37,070 bases of DNA from Octopus bimaculoides (lineage: Eukaryota): NCBI RefSeq assembly GCF_001194135.2, contig NC_068995.1, positions 8,777,378 to 8,814,447 on the forward strand, in the 5' to 3' direction. Each line of letters begins with the position of its first letter. Positions within the stretch are counted from its first letter, which is position 1. The notes under the pieces are model-generated. The model had not been told where the DNA came from and did not search any database. It saw only the letters and a list, made by a program, of their open reading frames with translations. The translations under genes were made by a program, and so were the position numbers. This document shows, piece after piece, positions 1-12,705 of this stretch.

Positions 1-563
1 CTGGAAACCTTACAACCGACGACGCCATTGTTCACAATTGCTGGATACAGAATAATAGACAGGGGCCTTTGTCATTGTGTGGAAACGTTTCCATTTCCAA
101 TTCGTAGCGTAAGAGTTTCATTTATTGCATCGTAAATGGATTAGATACAACATTTTGGAAGACATGAATTCAAATATTCAAAGATAACAAATGATTTGAG
201 AGAGAATATTTGAATAAATAAATAGAAACATTTATACGGCACACTATTTCTATTGTTTGGAACGTGCCTTAGTCTATACCTATAAGTAACATCTCCATAT
301 CTTTCTCAGAAAACGAAATTTGTATCATTCCAACTGTAACAATTACGAATGCTACAACGAACACACGTTCGTTTCTTATTTTATATTTTTGCATGACATC
401 ATATTGTCTGTACAATAGCGAAGTCAGTGTACTTATTTAGGCTTTCAGCTTGCGCCTGCGCAACAGTACACATACGCTGATACATACTTACATACATACA
501 TACGTATCTAAATGTATGTATACATGTATATGTGTGTATGCGTGCTCGAATACACCCCCACAC

Positions 564-604
<41 letters not shown>

Positions 605-1226
605 CATGTGTGTGCGTGTGTGTGTTTTGGTATTGCTGTGTCAATTATTGAAACAGCATTGATATTTTTGTCATGGATTATAATTTCAGGTATTTTCTAT
701 GTTACCTACTAACCATCGATATACTGCATCAATACAGGATCTTAGTAAATGTTATTTTCTGCAACGGCTAGAGATTTAAAATAGACGAGCAGGACAGAAC
801 ATTTTTTTTCTTTTTTTGGTTTTTACCAAGAAACAGAATTAAATGCCAATCTAAATACTAGACATTTTGTAATATCTGTAATACCTCTATGTGCTGTTTA
901 AATGTTTCTGTGCATTAGGCGAAATGTCTTGCATTATTTTTCTTTCGTTGTGGGTTATTGGATTTTGAATTCAAATCTCTCCGTGGACATATTTGTCTTA
1001 TATTCTTTCTTGGGTCGATAGAATAAATAGAAACAACAGACACGTATAGTGACGGATTGGTGCATTTGGTATTTGACCTGCTATACATAGCAGCTAAGCC
1101 TGGTTGTAGTTCGGGGTAATTAGAGTTTGATCATGCTAGTCATAGCAGCAAAATTTTCCCCATACTAACCTTTTATATGAAGAGAGGAAGGTAAATACCT
1201 GTAAGCATATTCTAGCCGTAATATAG

Positions 1227-1613
1227 TGGCGGCGCAGTGTTTAGGGCAGCGGATTCGTGGTCATAGGATCGCGGTTTCGATTCCCAGACTGGGCGTTGTG
1301 AGTGTTTATTGAGTGTTTATTGAGCGAAAACACCTAAAGCTCCACGAGGCCTTCCGGCAGAAGATTCTGGCGAACCCTGATGTACTCTTTCACCACAAAT
1401 TTCTCTCACTCTTACTTTCTGTTTCTGTTGTGCCTGTAATTCAAAGGGTCAGCCTTGTCACACTGTGTCACGCTGAATATCCCCGAGAACTACGTTAAGG
1501 GTACACGTGTCTGTGGAGTGCTCAGTCACTTGCACGTTAATTCCACGAGCAGGCTGTTCCGTTGATCGGATCAACTGGAACCCTCGACTGCGTAAGCGAC
1601 GGAGTGCCAACAA
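1227..1613 (+). mobile_element. tRNA-derived SINE, family B, near full length
   Basis: A-box-like TGGCGGCGCAGTGTTTAG and B-box-like GGTTTCGATTCCC at the 5' end. Body and tail (AAAACACCTAAAGCTCCACGAGGC ... GGGTACACGTGTCTGTGGAGTGCTCAG) align along their length with the inverted copy at 17911-18290. Contains an 11-bp internal duplication GAGTGTTTATT. Confidence 0.85.
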
Positions 1614-1883
1614 CATATATATAAAATAAATATGAAATTTTATTTTCATTATTATTGTATTTCATTCTGAAATACAAGATAATGCCTAGCCTTAATTGAA
1701 TCGGAGTAATTTGAAGCGGAATTAGATTTGTAGTTAATTCCACTAATTAGGATCTTACAGTTTCCTTTATACCACATAACCTTAAAATATTCACAATTTT
1801 GTATTTCACTAGCTGATTGATCGCATCATGATTTATCAAATACTCGATTAGCTAATTAGGTAAAATGCTAAGTAGTTGACAAC

Positions 1884-2102
1884 TAATAATTCTTTCTACT
1901 ATAGTCACAAAGCCTGAAATATTGGGATAAGGGGCTGTTCGACTACTTCAACTCGAACCCCCTCAACTGTTGCTTATTTCATAGACTCTGAAAGCACAAA
2001 AGGCAAGGTCGCTCTGGGAGAAATTTGAAACTAGAGCGAAAGCCGGAAGAAATGCCGAGAAGCATGTTGTCCGGCGTTTTAACAATTCTGTCGGCTCGCC
2101 GC
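1884..2102 (-). mobile_element. SINE family A copy, diverged
   Basis: Aligns with the other family A copies (AAAAGGCAAGGTCG..GGAGAAATTTGAAACT ... CCGGCGTTTTAACAATTCTGTCGGCTCGCC) and has a short AAT tail. Confidence 0.8.
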
Positions 2103-2391
2103 ATTTAGTTGACTAAGCATAATAAAAGAAGTTAAATAGAACCAGTGCAAGTATTTATTATTGGGATAATGACCCTACCACGACACAACATAATTATTAT
2201 GTAGTTAATGTATTGTTGAATTTGTTATATATTGCTTCAGTGCCACTGGGTGAGCCACGAGAGGGACTTGTGAAGTTATGTTTTACTTTGGAAGAGAAGG
2301 GAAATATCTTTGAAAACCGTTTCAGCTATGATCTAGTTATTCTGTAATGGGTCAGAGATCAAAGACATGGATCCTTCTTTTTAAAGATATT

Positions 2392-2603
2392 ATTTTCTAC
2401 TCTAGGCACGAGGCCTGAAATTTTTGAGGAGGTGGCCAGTCGTTTAGATCGACTCCAGTACGCAACTGGTACTTAATTTATCGACCTCTAGAGGATAAAA
2501 GGCAAAGTCGACCTCGGCGGAATTTGAACTCAGAACACGAAGACAGACGAAATCCCGCTAAGCATTTCGCCCGGCGTGCTAACGATTCTGCCAGCTCGCC
2601 GCC
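2392..2603 (-). mobile_element. SINE family A copy, full length, with 14-bp target-site duplication
   Basis: Minus strand reads GGCGGCGAGCTGGCAGAATCGTTAG (A box) ... GAGTTCAAATTCC (B box). TTTTTAAAGATATT flanks it at 2378-2391 and 2604-2617. Confidence 0.9.
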
Positions 2604-2617
2604 TTTTTAAAGATATT

Positions 2618-2831
2618 CGTTTCTTCTCTAGGCACGAGGCCTAGAAACCTTGGGGAGAGGGGCCACTGGATTAGATCGACCCCAATACGCAACTGGTACA
2701 TAATTTATCGATACCGAGAGGATGAAAGGCAAAGTCGACCTCAGCGGAAATTGAACTCGGAACATAAAGACAGACGCTTAGCATTTCGCTAAGTATTTCG
2801 CCCGGCGTGCTAACGTTTCTGCCAGCTCGCC
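2618..2831 (-). mobile_element. SINE family A copy, in tandem with the previous copy
   Basis: Same core (GATGAAAGGCAAAGTCGACCTCAGCGGAAATTGAACTC). Followed by TTTTGAAAGATATT at 2835-2848. Confidence 0.9.
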
Positions 2832-3139
2832 TTTTTTTGAAAGATATTAATGCGAGACTTGGTTTCTATTTCCAGCAAGTCTGATAGCAGTATAGAGGCT
2901 TCTTCATTAGCACGAGCTGGCTGTTTTTTATGTCATTGGAATTGCCAAGTCGGATATTGGAATGTGTTGAATAAAGTAATATTGAAATGGATTCTAATTA
3001 TATAAAATCTCTCTTTTTCGTTCAAACAGCGTGCTTCCAGGAGTACGTTATCAAATTTGTCCCGATACTTAAAGAAAGAAAAATAGAAGAGATGTAATTG
3101 GCGAGATACTTGGTTGCCAATTGTTGCAGCCAACTAAAA

Positions 3140-3255
3140 ACAGCCAGTTGAAAATATTGTGAAACATCTAGCATTTTTTTGTTTTCGGCCCTTTTGCATT
3201 CTGAGTTCAAATTCCTGTGTAGCAATTTATCATTTCGGTGTGGACAAAATTACAG
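3140..3255 (+). mobile_element. Degraded SINE family A fragment
   Basis: CATTCTGAGTTCAAATTCC at about 3197-3215 matches the family B-box region. Flanks match only weakly. Confidence 0.45.
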
Positions 3256-4229
3256 CATCAGACAGCTAATGGGGTAGCTTCTTATCTCTTTCTCTCCCCT
3301 CTCTCTCTCTCTTTTTGTGTTTCCTTATCTCTCCCTCTCCCCTCTCTCTCTCGATCTATCTAACTATATCAGTCTAGCCTTGTCCCAATATCTCGATCTT
3401 TGTTCAACTCAGAATAAACAGCCTGGCTATTCTCATTCAAAAAAGGGATGCCAGCCTGTCTCACACTCAAGTACCCGAGCAAAAAGCAGGATGAGGAAAA
3501 TTCGACTACTATTCAACAATCTCTTCTCATAAAGCGAGTTTGTTACATAAATCTTTTAAATATACCAACGAAAAACCTCGCAGCCCAGGGTCAGATATAG
3601 TAATCAACTACAGTTTGTTGCACTGCACAATATAGAGCAGGAGAAACCCCCAAGGCTAATGTCTAATTCCTAAACAATTCGTGCGACAATTCAGAGATTC
3701 CCTAATTGGTTTATGGTTGCAATTTTGTCTTAGCAACATGTTCAGTTCTTATAAAATTGCCTGAAGCTGAAACGAAATTGTCTGGACGGCGGTCGTTGAC
3801 AAAAACCAAGGGAACATTTTTAAAATACAAATAAAAATTTAAATTTCCCACAACGGAATTTTACAATCGGCAATTAACACAAACAACGACTAGAGCGACC
3901 GTAGCAACTACAACAAGAATAAGAGAAATTATAACAGCGCTAGGAGACCAAAATTGTAAGTGAACGTATTAAATATGAAATATAAGTGAGAAAAATCAAT
4001 GAAAAATAACAACAATAAGGAAAATGTTAAAATAAGAATTAATACACAAATAAGAATAAAAAGATGAACGTGTAAAATAACAATATATTGAATAACAGCA
4101 ATAGGAATAACTACGACAATATTAAAGAGAGACATTATGAAATAATAAGTAGGAACGTATAAATGGCTCATATTAAAGAATATAAAATAAGTGGGCGAAG
4201 TTGACGAAAGGCAACAAAATCAAGGCTAA

Positions 4230-4850
4230 CATCAACATCAACATCTTCATCATCATCAACATCATAATCATAACGTTGTCCTCATCATAAACATAACTGT
4301 TGTCATCATCATCATCATCATCGTCGTCGTCGTCGTTGTCACTGTCATCATCATCATTATCATCATCATCAATATCATTATTGCAGTCATCGTTATCCTC
4401 ATCGTAATCGTCGTCGTTGTCATCACGATCATCTTCATCATCATCATCATCATCATTTTTGTCTTCATCCACCCCATCATCATCATCATCTCATTGTCAT
4501 CAACGTTACCCTCACCCACTTCATCCTCTACTCCAAGACTTCCACCTCCTTCTTTGCCTCCGACCCCCTCCTCCTTCTCATCCTCCTCTTCCTCCTCCTC
4601 CTACTCCTCCACCTCATTACCATCATCATCGTCATCATTACCATCCTTACCTTCATAGCTTTCTACATCGTCATCATCCTCGTCCTCATCGTCGTTTAGA
4701 AAATCGTAGCAGTTTTCGTCATCGTCATCAAACACCACCTCCACCACGTACACCTTCAGAGCATCATCATCACTATCATCGTCGTCATCATCATCGTCGT
4801 CGCCCCCCTCCTTATCTTTGTCTTCATCGTGTCACATTATCATCATAATG
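4230..4850. repeat. Imperfect (TCA/TCG/CCT)n trinucleotide array
   Basis: Directly visible. It produces the poly-D, poly-M, poly-S and poly-H ORFs in the track. Confidence 0.9.
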
Positions 4851-6774
4851 AACAACAACAATAAATACAACAAAGGCACTTTTATCAAGCATGTACCCTT
4901 AATTCCCCTGACAGCAGCAGGTTGCTGAGGGAGTTGTCTATAAGAGCCTGGGTACCCAATAAGTTATCATCACTCCCATTCATCCGATGTCGACTGCCAG
5001 CATCCGACAACGAACACCAGAATTATTTCAACACATGCAATGTCAAATGTTTCATTCTCAAGAGTCAAATTCTGTGTTGCAGAACGTCTACCATATGTGG
5101 GAATCACATTGATATATATATATATATATATATATANNNNNNNNNNNNNNNNNNNNNNNNNNNNNNNNNNNNNNNNNNNNNNNNNNNNNNNNNNNNNNNN
5201 NNNNNNNNNNNNNNNNNNNNNNNNNNNNNNNNNNNNNNNNNNNNNNNNNNNNNNNNNNNNNNNNNNNNNNNNNNNNNNNNNNNNNNNNNNNNNNNNNNNN
5301 NNNNNNNNNNNNNNNNNNNNNNNNNNNNNNNNNNNNNNNNNNNNNNNNNNNNNNNNNNNNNNNNNNNNNNNNNNNNNNNNNNNNNNNNNNNNNNNNNNNN
5401 NNNNNNNNNNNNNNNNNNNNNNNNNNNNNNNNNNNNNNNNNNNNNNNNNNNNNNNNNNNNNNNNNNNNNNNNNNNNNNNNNNNNNNNNNNNNNNNNNNNN
5501 NNNNNNNNNNNNNNNNNNNNNNNNNNNNNNNNNNNNNNNNNNNNNNNNNNNNNNNNNNNNNNNNNNNNNNNNNNNNNNNNNNNNNNNNNNNNNNNNNNNN
5601 NNNNNNNNNNNNNNNNNNNNNNNNNNNNNNNNNNNNNNNNNNNNNNNNNNNNNNNNNNNNNNNNNNNNNNNNNNNNNNNNNNNNNNNNNNNNNNNNNNNN
5701 NNNNNNNNNNNNNNNNNNNNNNNNNNNNNNNNNNNNNNNNNNNNNNNNNNNNNNNNNNNNNNNNNNNNNNNNNNNNNNNNNNNNNNNNNNNNNNNNNNNN
5801 NNNNNNNNNNNNNNNNNNNNNNNNNNNNNNNNNNNNNNNNNNNNNNNNNNNNNNNNNNNNNNNNNNNNNNNNNNNNNNNNNNNNNNNNNNNNNNNNNNNN
5901 NNNNNNNNNNNNNNNNNNNNNNNNNNNNNNNNNNNNNNNNNNNNNNNNNNNNNNNNNNNNNNNNNNNNNNNATCATAAAAATGAGAGCCACAACGAAAAC
6001 TTACGAATGTATGTGATTGGTACATAAGTCTATGTTTAAAAATATGTATGTATGTGTTTGTGTGTGTGTGTGTGTGTGTGCATATGCATATATCAAAAGA
6101 GAGAGAGAGAGAGGTAGAAGAGAGAATGAAAGTGGGAGAGAGAGAGAGGCTTTGGGTCTGCCTGAGGTTAGAGCAGAAGACATACTTGCTGAAAGCGTCA
6201 CGCAGTGGGGCCGAACTCGGAGCCATGTTGTTGAGAAGCAAATTTCTCAGGACGCAGCTACACCTGGGCTTAAATACGTTCACAGTATAATTAAATACGG
6301 GGAAATATTTTCTTTGTTTTCTTTTATACGCTTCAGCCATTCGGATGCGGTCATCCTGAAGCAGAGCCACGAAAAACAATGGAATGAACTCTTGCATCAT
6401 ATCTGACACAGGTTTAAATAACTATAGCAACAACAATAACAGTAACACGAACAATAACAGCAAAAACAACAACAATAAAAACAGCAATGAAAAACTTCGA
6501 CGAAGACTAGAGACAGCGATAAGAAACTGACAGAAGCCTCAGTTGGTATAGAATATACCACATGTTGTTGAATGGAAGGTCGTGTTGCGGGTTATTAGAG
6601 ACATTCTCAGTCAGTTGTACACACTGTAATGTCAAGATAGGAATTATATTAAATCTTTGGTAGAATGAATGCGGGTGGAAATGGGGTGGTGCGTGCTTCT
6701 TGTCCGTTTGTATATGTATTTATGCAATGTCTGAGTCCACAATTACGTACAATACTTTAGTATGTATGCGTATA

Positions 6775-6800
6775 TAAATATACAGATGTATACATATGAC

Positions 6801-6886
<86 letters not shown>

Positions 6887-6892
6887 CTTATG

Positions 6893-6935
<43 letters not shown>

Positions 6936-7128
6936 ATATATATGTATATATACATATATGTATATATACGCGCACACATATATATGTGTGTGTGTGTGTG
7001 TTTGATCTAGTGCGTAGGTCTGTATGTACAAATACATCCACATACACATAATGCCTACACATATATATGTATACATATATATTCATGTACACACACACAT
7101 ATATATATTAACATATAACGTGCATCTA

Positions 7129-7150
<22 letters not shown>
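6775..7150. repeat. Compound (TA)n/(TG)n/(CA)n microsatellite
   Basis: Directly visible. Confidence 0.9.
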
Positions 7151-7169
<19 letters not shown>

Positions 7170-7429
7170 TCACAATACCAATTAGAAGAGAGAAGAGAAA
7201 CTAGACCAGACTTTACAACGAAGCCGCATGCTGAGTTTTTTCAACTAAGACAAATTGCTTGGTTGGACAAGAACAACAAATAAATAAATAAATACAATTA
7301 CAAGATTCTCCCTTATTTTCACTATTGTTCTTCTCTGTTGATACAGCTGAGGTTTCATTTGCTGTCTGTCTTTTGATGTGATGTTTGTGATTATTGGATT
7401 ATTGCTATTTTTCACGATGTTGCCTTTGC

Positions 7430-7451
7430 TGTTGTTGTTGTTGTTGTTGTT
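7430..7451. repeat. (GTT)n tract, (CAA)n on the minus strand, abutting the LINE fragment
   Basis: Directly visible. Confidence 0.85.
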
Positions 7452-7456
7452 TAACC

Positions 7457-9045
7457 CGGGCTCAGCACCGATGGAGGAAGCCTATGATCAAATACAGTCT
7501 TGATTTTATTCCTTCGACTACAATGTCTGTCAGGAAACACGTGATCCCTTCTAGTAACTTTCCAGAGAAACTAGGGTTCGATAGTTTTTTTTTTCTTTTT
7601 TTCTTTTTTCAAGAGAATCTTATGATCGACCCTGTCAAAGGCCTTGCTGAAATCATGGTAAATGATATCGGTATTGGAGCCCTCTCCCAAAGCTCCCAAA
7701 ATGCCACCAAAGTGATGCAGAAGCTACGTTATGCAGTTACTTCCGTTATGGAACCCATGTTGGTTGGGATTCAGCAGTTTGTTGCTTTCAAGAAAGTGGG
7801 TTATTCGTTATATTACCACCCTCTCAAATACCTTCATCATATGAGAGGTGACCAAAATCGGACAGTAGTTCTCTGCAAAGGACTTGTTTCCTTTCTGAAA
7901 ACTAGGTCGACAGACGGGGGCAGAAAGTTTTCAGGAATATAGCCAGCATCCAGTGAGTTCCTCCACAGATTATAGCAAGAGGAGAAGCAATTTGGTGTCG
8001 ACAAACTTTCAGGACACAAGGAGGGAACCTATCAGGGCCTTTTGTTGAATTGTGTTTAATTTCGTTTATTGACGCTAAGACATCAATGGCGCTAAACTTT
8101 ATGTCAGATATAGCGTGTTGAAGATTAACAGCACTTATACGGCCCAGATCGGCCATATCACGATTGCTGAAAACAGAAAAGTATTATTTCTACAGTATCT
8201 CATTCATAGTTTTGGTATTATCTTGGAAAGTGCCATTTTCATCAGCTGGAGGGCCAACAGTGGAGACAGTGAACTTGTGTTTTTTTCTTTTTTTTTTTTG
8301 GCAAAAGAGCACACTTTGGAAACGAGTTCGATTTTCTCAATGGCACATTTCTTCTCACTTGTTCTTTGGTTATTGACGATGCTTTTCAGTATCGCTGGAG
8401 GTTAGATATTTTTGATTCGTGTAGGACGAAAGCCATCGAATATATGTGTGGCTGTTGGCAGTATTTTAGTTTGTTGATTTCTTTGTTTATTGTTTTCATT
8501 TTTCTGATAATAGTTTTTCCATTTTGGAGAAATCTGCACTTCGTTTTGTTCATAGGACTTGGTGGGGTGTGTTTTGCACATACATCTTTAACAGTGTGTA
8601 CAAAATTCTGTCAAGATGTCTAGATGCTGGGGGAGGTGTGTGAATGTGTTAAAGACCAGTCAACTTGTGAAAGCTTGATCATGATTGCTTCCCAGTTGGC
8701 ATTATACAGATCCATATTACCAAGTGGGTGGGCTGCAGAGCGGTCACTAGGATGAGCTTCCGGCTTAGGTTAAGAGAACCATGTCATGATCCAAAAGAAA
8801 GGTTTTTTTTCCGCTGTAATATTATGTATAGCGTTAGTGTGGTCACCAAACACTAAATCTAGAATGTTCTGATAACTTGTTGGTGCAAGGACAAGTTGGC
8901 ACAAGACTCATTCACTGAGTCGAGAAGTGATTCTACTGCTTCTTTGTCAGCGGTTCAAGTAGGAGCGCGTGGTTTCAAATTGTTTGTAGACCAATGAACA
9001 TAGAGAAAATTAAAATCCCCCATCATAAGTATGTTACTACATATG
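7457..9045 (-). pseudogene. Decayed non-LTR retrotransposon ORF2 fragment (APE endonuclease C-terminal half, linker, RT N-terminal half), CR1/L2/Jockey-group-like
   Basis: Minus-strand translation across stops and frameshifts gives MMGDFNFLYVHW (endonuclease GDFN), NILDLVF, NANWEAI..VDW, KGPDRFPPCVLKVC..IASPLAII, HMMKVFERV, LLNPNQHGF, IYHDFSKAFDRVDHKILLKK, VVEGIKS, and a remnant of GVPQGSVLGP (GGCTTCCTCCATCGGTGCTGAGCCCG). These motifs are in the expected order. Confidence 0.9.
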
Positions 9046-9070
9046 TTACACACACACACACACGCGCGCA

Positions 9071-9117
<47 letters not shown>

Positions 9118-9921
9118 NNNNNNNNNNNNNNNNNNNNNNNNNNNNNNNNNNNNNNNNNNNNNNNNNNNNNNNNNNNNNNNNNNNNNNNNNNNNNNNNNNN
9201 NNNNNNNNNNNNNNNNNNNNNNNNNNNNNNNNNNNNNNNNNNNNNNNNNNNNNNNNNNNNNNNNNNNNNNNNNNNNNNNNNNNNNNNNNNNNNNNNNNNN
9301 NNNNNNNNNNNNNNNNNNNNNNNNNNNNNNNNNNNNNNNNNNNNNNNNNNNNNNNNNNNNNNNNNNNNNNNNNNNNNNNNNNNNNNNNNNNNNNNNNNNN
9401 NNNNNNNNNNNNNNNNNNNNNNNNNNNNNNNNNNNNNNNNNNNNNNNNNNNNNNNNNNNNNNNNNNNNNNNNNNNNNNNNNNNNNNNNNNNNNNNNNNNN
9501 NNNNNNNNNNNNNNNNNNNNNNNNNNNNNNNNNNNNNNNNNNNNNNNNNNNNNNNNNNNNNNNNNNNNNNNNNNNNNNNNNNNNNNNNNNNNNNNNNNNN
9601 NNNNNNNNNNNNNNNNNNNNNNNNNNNNNNNNNNNNNNNNNNNNNNNNNNNNNNNNNNNNNNNNNNNNNNNNNNNNNNNNNNNNNNNNNNNNNNNNNNNN
9701 NNNNNNNNNNNNNNNNNNNNNNNNNNNNNNNNNNNNNNNNNNNNNNNNNNNNNNNNNNNNNNNNNNNNNNNNNNNNNNNNNNNNNNNNNNNNNNNNNNNN
9801 NNNNNNNNNNNNNNNNNNNNNNNNNNNNNNNNNNNNNNNNNNNNNNNNNNNNNNNNNNNNNNNNNNNNNNNNNNNNNNNNNNNNNNNNNNNNNNNNNNNN
9901 NNATATATATATAACATAAAC

Positions 9922-9952
<31 letters not shown>

Positions 9953-10692
9953 ATCACACACCTCTGCATATAAACATTATTCTATCCCGATTAAGTCAAC
10001 AAATAACATAATACCAATAATATAAAAAAAAAACCGCTTCCTCACAAACACATATGCCCAAATACACGCACGCACGCACAAACGCACGCACACACGCACA
10101 CGACCACAATCAGAACCACACTCAGAAAGAAACACACACAGACATGTGCATGCTACACTGCTCGCTTCTGTTTATCTCTTTGACATCCATCTTGTTCGAT
10201 TTTCTACGGAGATTTTCGATTTTTAAATTTAAACATATATGTGTTTAAATTTAGTTAATCGAATGACGGAAACATATTAAATATGTTAGAATATCTAAAA
10301 AGCGGATTAAAACTGATAATCTTTTGAATTAAATTAAGATCTTTCCAGTACGGATAAGGGCGAAAACCTACTTTATCTGATCAGAATGTCTAATGCAGAT
10401 CTTGGCTCTCGTCTTACGTTTAACAATATGTGACTTCCATGCTTACATACGCATATACGTATATGCATGTATGTGTAAATGTATACGCACATATATTCAG
10501 AGGTACGTAGAAACACGTGCATGAACATGTATATATATATATGTGTGTGTGCGTGTGTGTGTGTACATATATGTAAACAAAAATAGATAAATTGATAGAT
10601 ATACGTAATATATATATATATATANNNNNNNNNNATATATATATATGTATAAGTATATATATATATACAATTGACTATATCATATTATATAC

Positions 10693-10724
<32 letters not shown>

Positions 10725-10729
10725 GTGTA

Positions 10730-10761
<32 letters not shown>

Positions 10762-11264
10762 AATATATATATACACACACGCGATGGGTTGTTGTGTATG
10801 GTCGGGTGGTTGTGTTTTTACATACTCATGTGCATTTTCAATCGATCTTTCCATTGATCTGTTTATATACATTTCTGTGTGAGTAGAATACATAAACATA
10901 GTAATGCACATACACACACACACACACAGACGCACTCACACGTGCACACACACACACACACATGCACAGAGATGCGCGCGCGTACACACGAGCGCAACCA
11001 CACTCACACACACACATCAATAGACAGACAGATAGGTAGGTAGATAGATAGATTGATAGATAAAGAGACAGACAGACATACAGACAAACAGACAGTCAGA
11101 CAGACAGACAGACAAATGGATAGATAGATATCCGTTTACAAATTTAAGAAGCACTTCGTAATTCCTTATTATATAGATTTTTTGTTTTATGTCACAGAAC
11201 ATATTTGAAATATTTCCTTACTGTCGCTTTGTTGTATTTGTTGTTGTTGTTGAGTCCTCAACGG

Positions 11265-11403
11265 GTACGTAACTTATCGACATCGCAAGGGATAAAAGAA
11301 AAAAGTCGACGTTGGTGGAATTTGAACTCACGGTCTTAAGACTGACATAATTCCGCTAAGCATTTTCGCCTGGCGTGCTAACGATTCTGCAAGCGCGCCG
11401 CCT
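11265..11403 (-). mobile_element. SINE family A, 5' half
   Basis: GTCGACGTTGGTGGAATTTGAACTC ... CCGCTAAGCATTTTCGCCTGGCGTGCTAACGATTCTGCAAGCGCGCCGCC matches the family head and core. Confidence 0.85.
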
Positions 11404-12214
11404 TCATCAACAGGATTATCGGAGAGATAACATATCCACAAATTTATTTACACATCGTAAATACATTCCAAGAACTTTATTTTGTTTTGATGCGTGCGTT
11501 TTCGCCAATATTAATGTCTAATTCTTATTGAAACCAAACCAAAACAGAACAATGAATATTGTATACACAACGACTTGTTAAATTATAATATTCGTGTTTC
11601 CAAATTACCGAATTAACATTGGGAGTTTTCAAACTCGAAACGCCATCACATCCAGGGAATTTGCAGAAATTTAAGTAAGTGATTCATATGTACATATAGA
11701 GTACATTGTAGTACCATATAACACATCATAATATGAAATTAGACATTGGATTAGGTTGTTAATAAGACAATAAACGATAAGAGGCTTTCAAAACAAGACC
11801 TGTGAGATATGTTAATCAGTGTGGTATATCAAGTCTTTAATTACGACATTTGAAGAGCCAAGCATATCAGGACAGGTTTATGCAGGCGGAGATAATAAAA
11901 ACCGTTTTAATAGTGAGCGTAAGAATAAACATTTAAATAGTATACATCTACTAGTAAACCAGATATTACGATAGAGACAAACACAGACGCACACATATGT
12001 GTGTATGTATGTATGTGTGTATGTATGTATGTGTGTATGTATGTATTATGATTCGGTACCGGTTTACAGTAAACATCAGAGTAAAAGTAACCATATCTGT
12101 GTAGAACTATATTTCGTACAAGGCTGCACTTAAGGAAATGTGTTGGCGCATTGATACATCAGTGATAAAATCTTTGCTTGATTAAACTGACAGAAACAAA
12201 AGGAAATAGTTACC

Positions 12215-12515
12215 GCCACCACCACCACCACCATTATCATAGTCGTCGTCGTCGTCGTGGACGTTGCTGTTGTATCGTGGTCGTAGTTGTCATGAATCCA
12301 GTAAGGGAGCCATCACCGCCGCCTCCCACACAGACATTCATCTTCACCATCAGCTGCTCCCTCTCCACCATCCGCCAAACAGCAAAATATCACCGCCTGT
12401 GCCAGCACTCACATTAACTTCAACGCCACTACCACCACAACCACCCTCTCCGTCATCATCTCCATCTTCTTCACCAACCATCGTTGCCGACATCATCATC
12501 ATCATCATCGTAGAT

Positions 12516-12553
<38 letters not shown>

Positions 12554-12705
12554 TGTCATGATCATCATCAACGTTGCCATCATCATCATCATCATCAAAA
12601 TCATCATCATCATCATCATTATCATCACCAAAATTATCGTGGTCATAGACATCATCATCGTCATCATCGTCATCATCATCATCATCATCATCATATTCAG
12701 CAACA
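12215..12705. repeat. (CAC/CGT/TCA)n trinucleotide arrays
   Basis: Directly visible. Source of the poly-I, poly-M and poly-D ORFs. Confidence 0.9.

Noticed and set aside
1227-1300. tRNA gene calls at SINE heads (also 16118, 18290, 26316, 33260)
   Set aside because: A and B boxes are present, but each runs into a shared repeat body and I could not see a complete cloverleaf.
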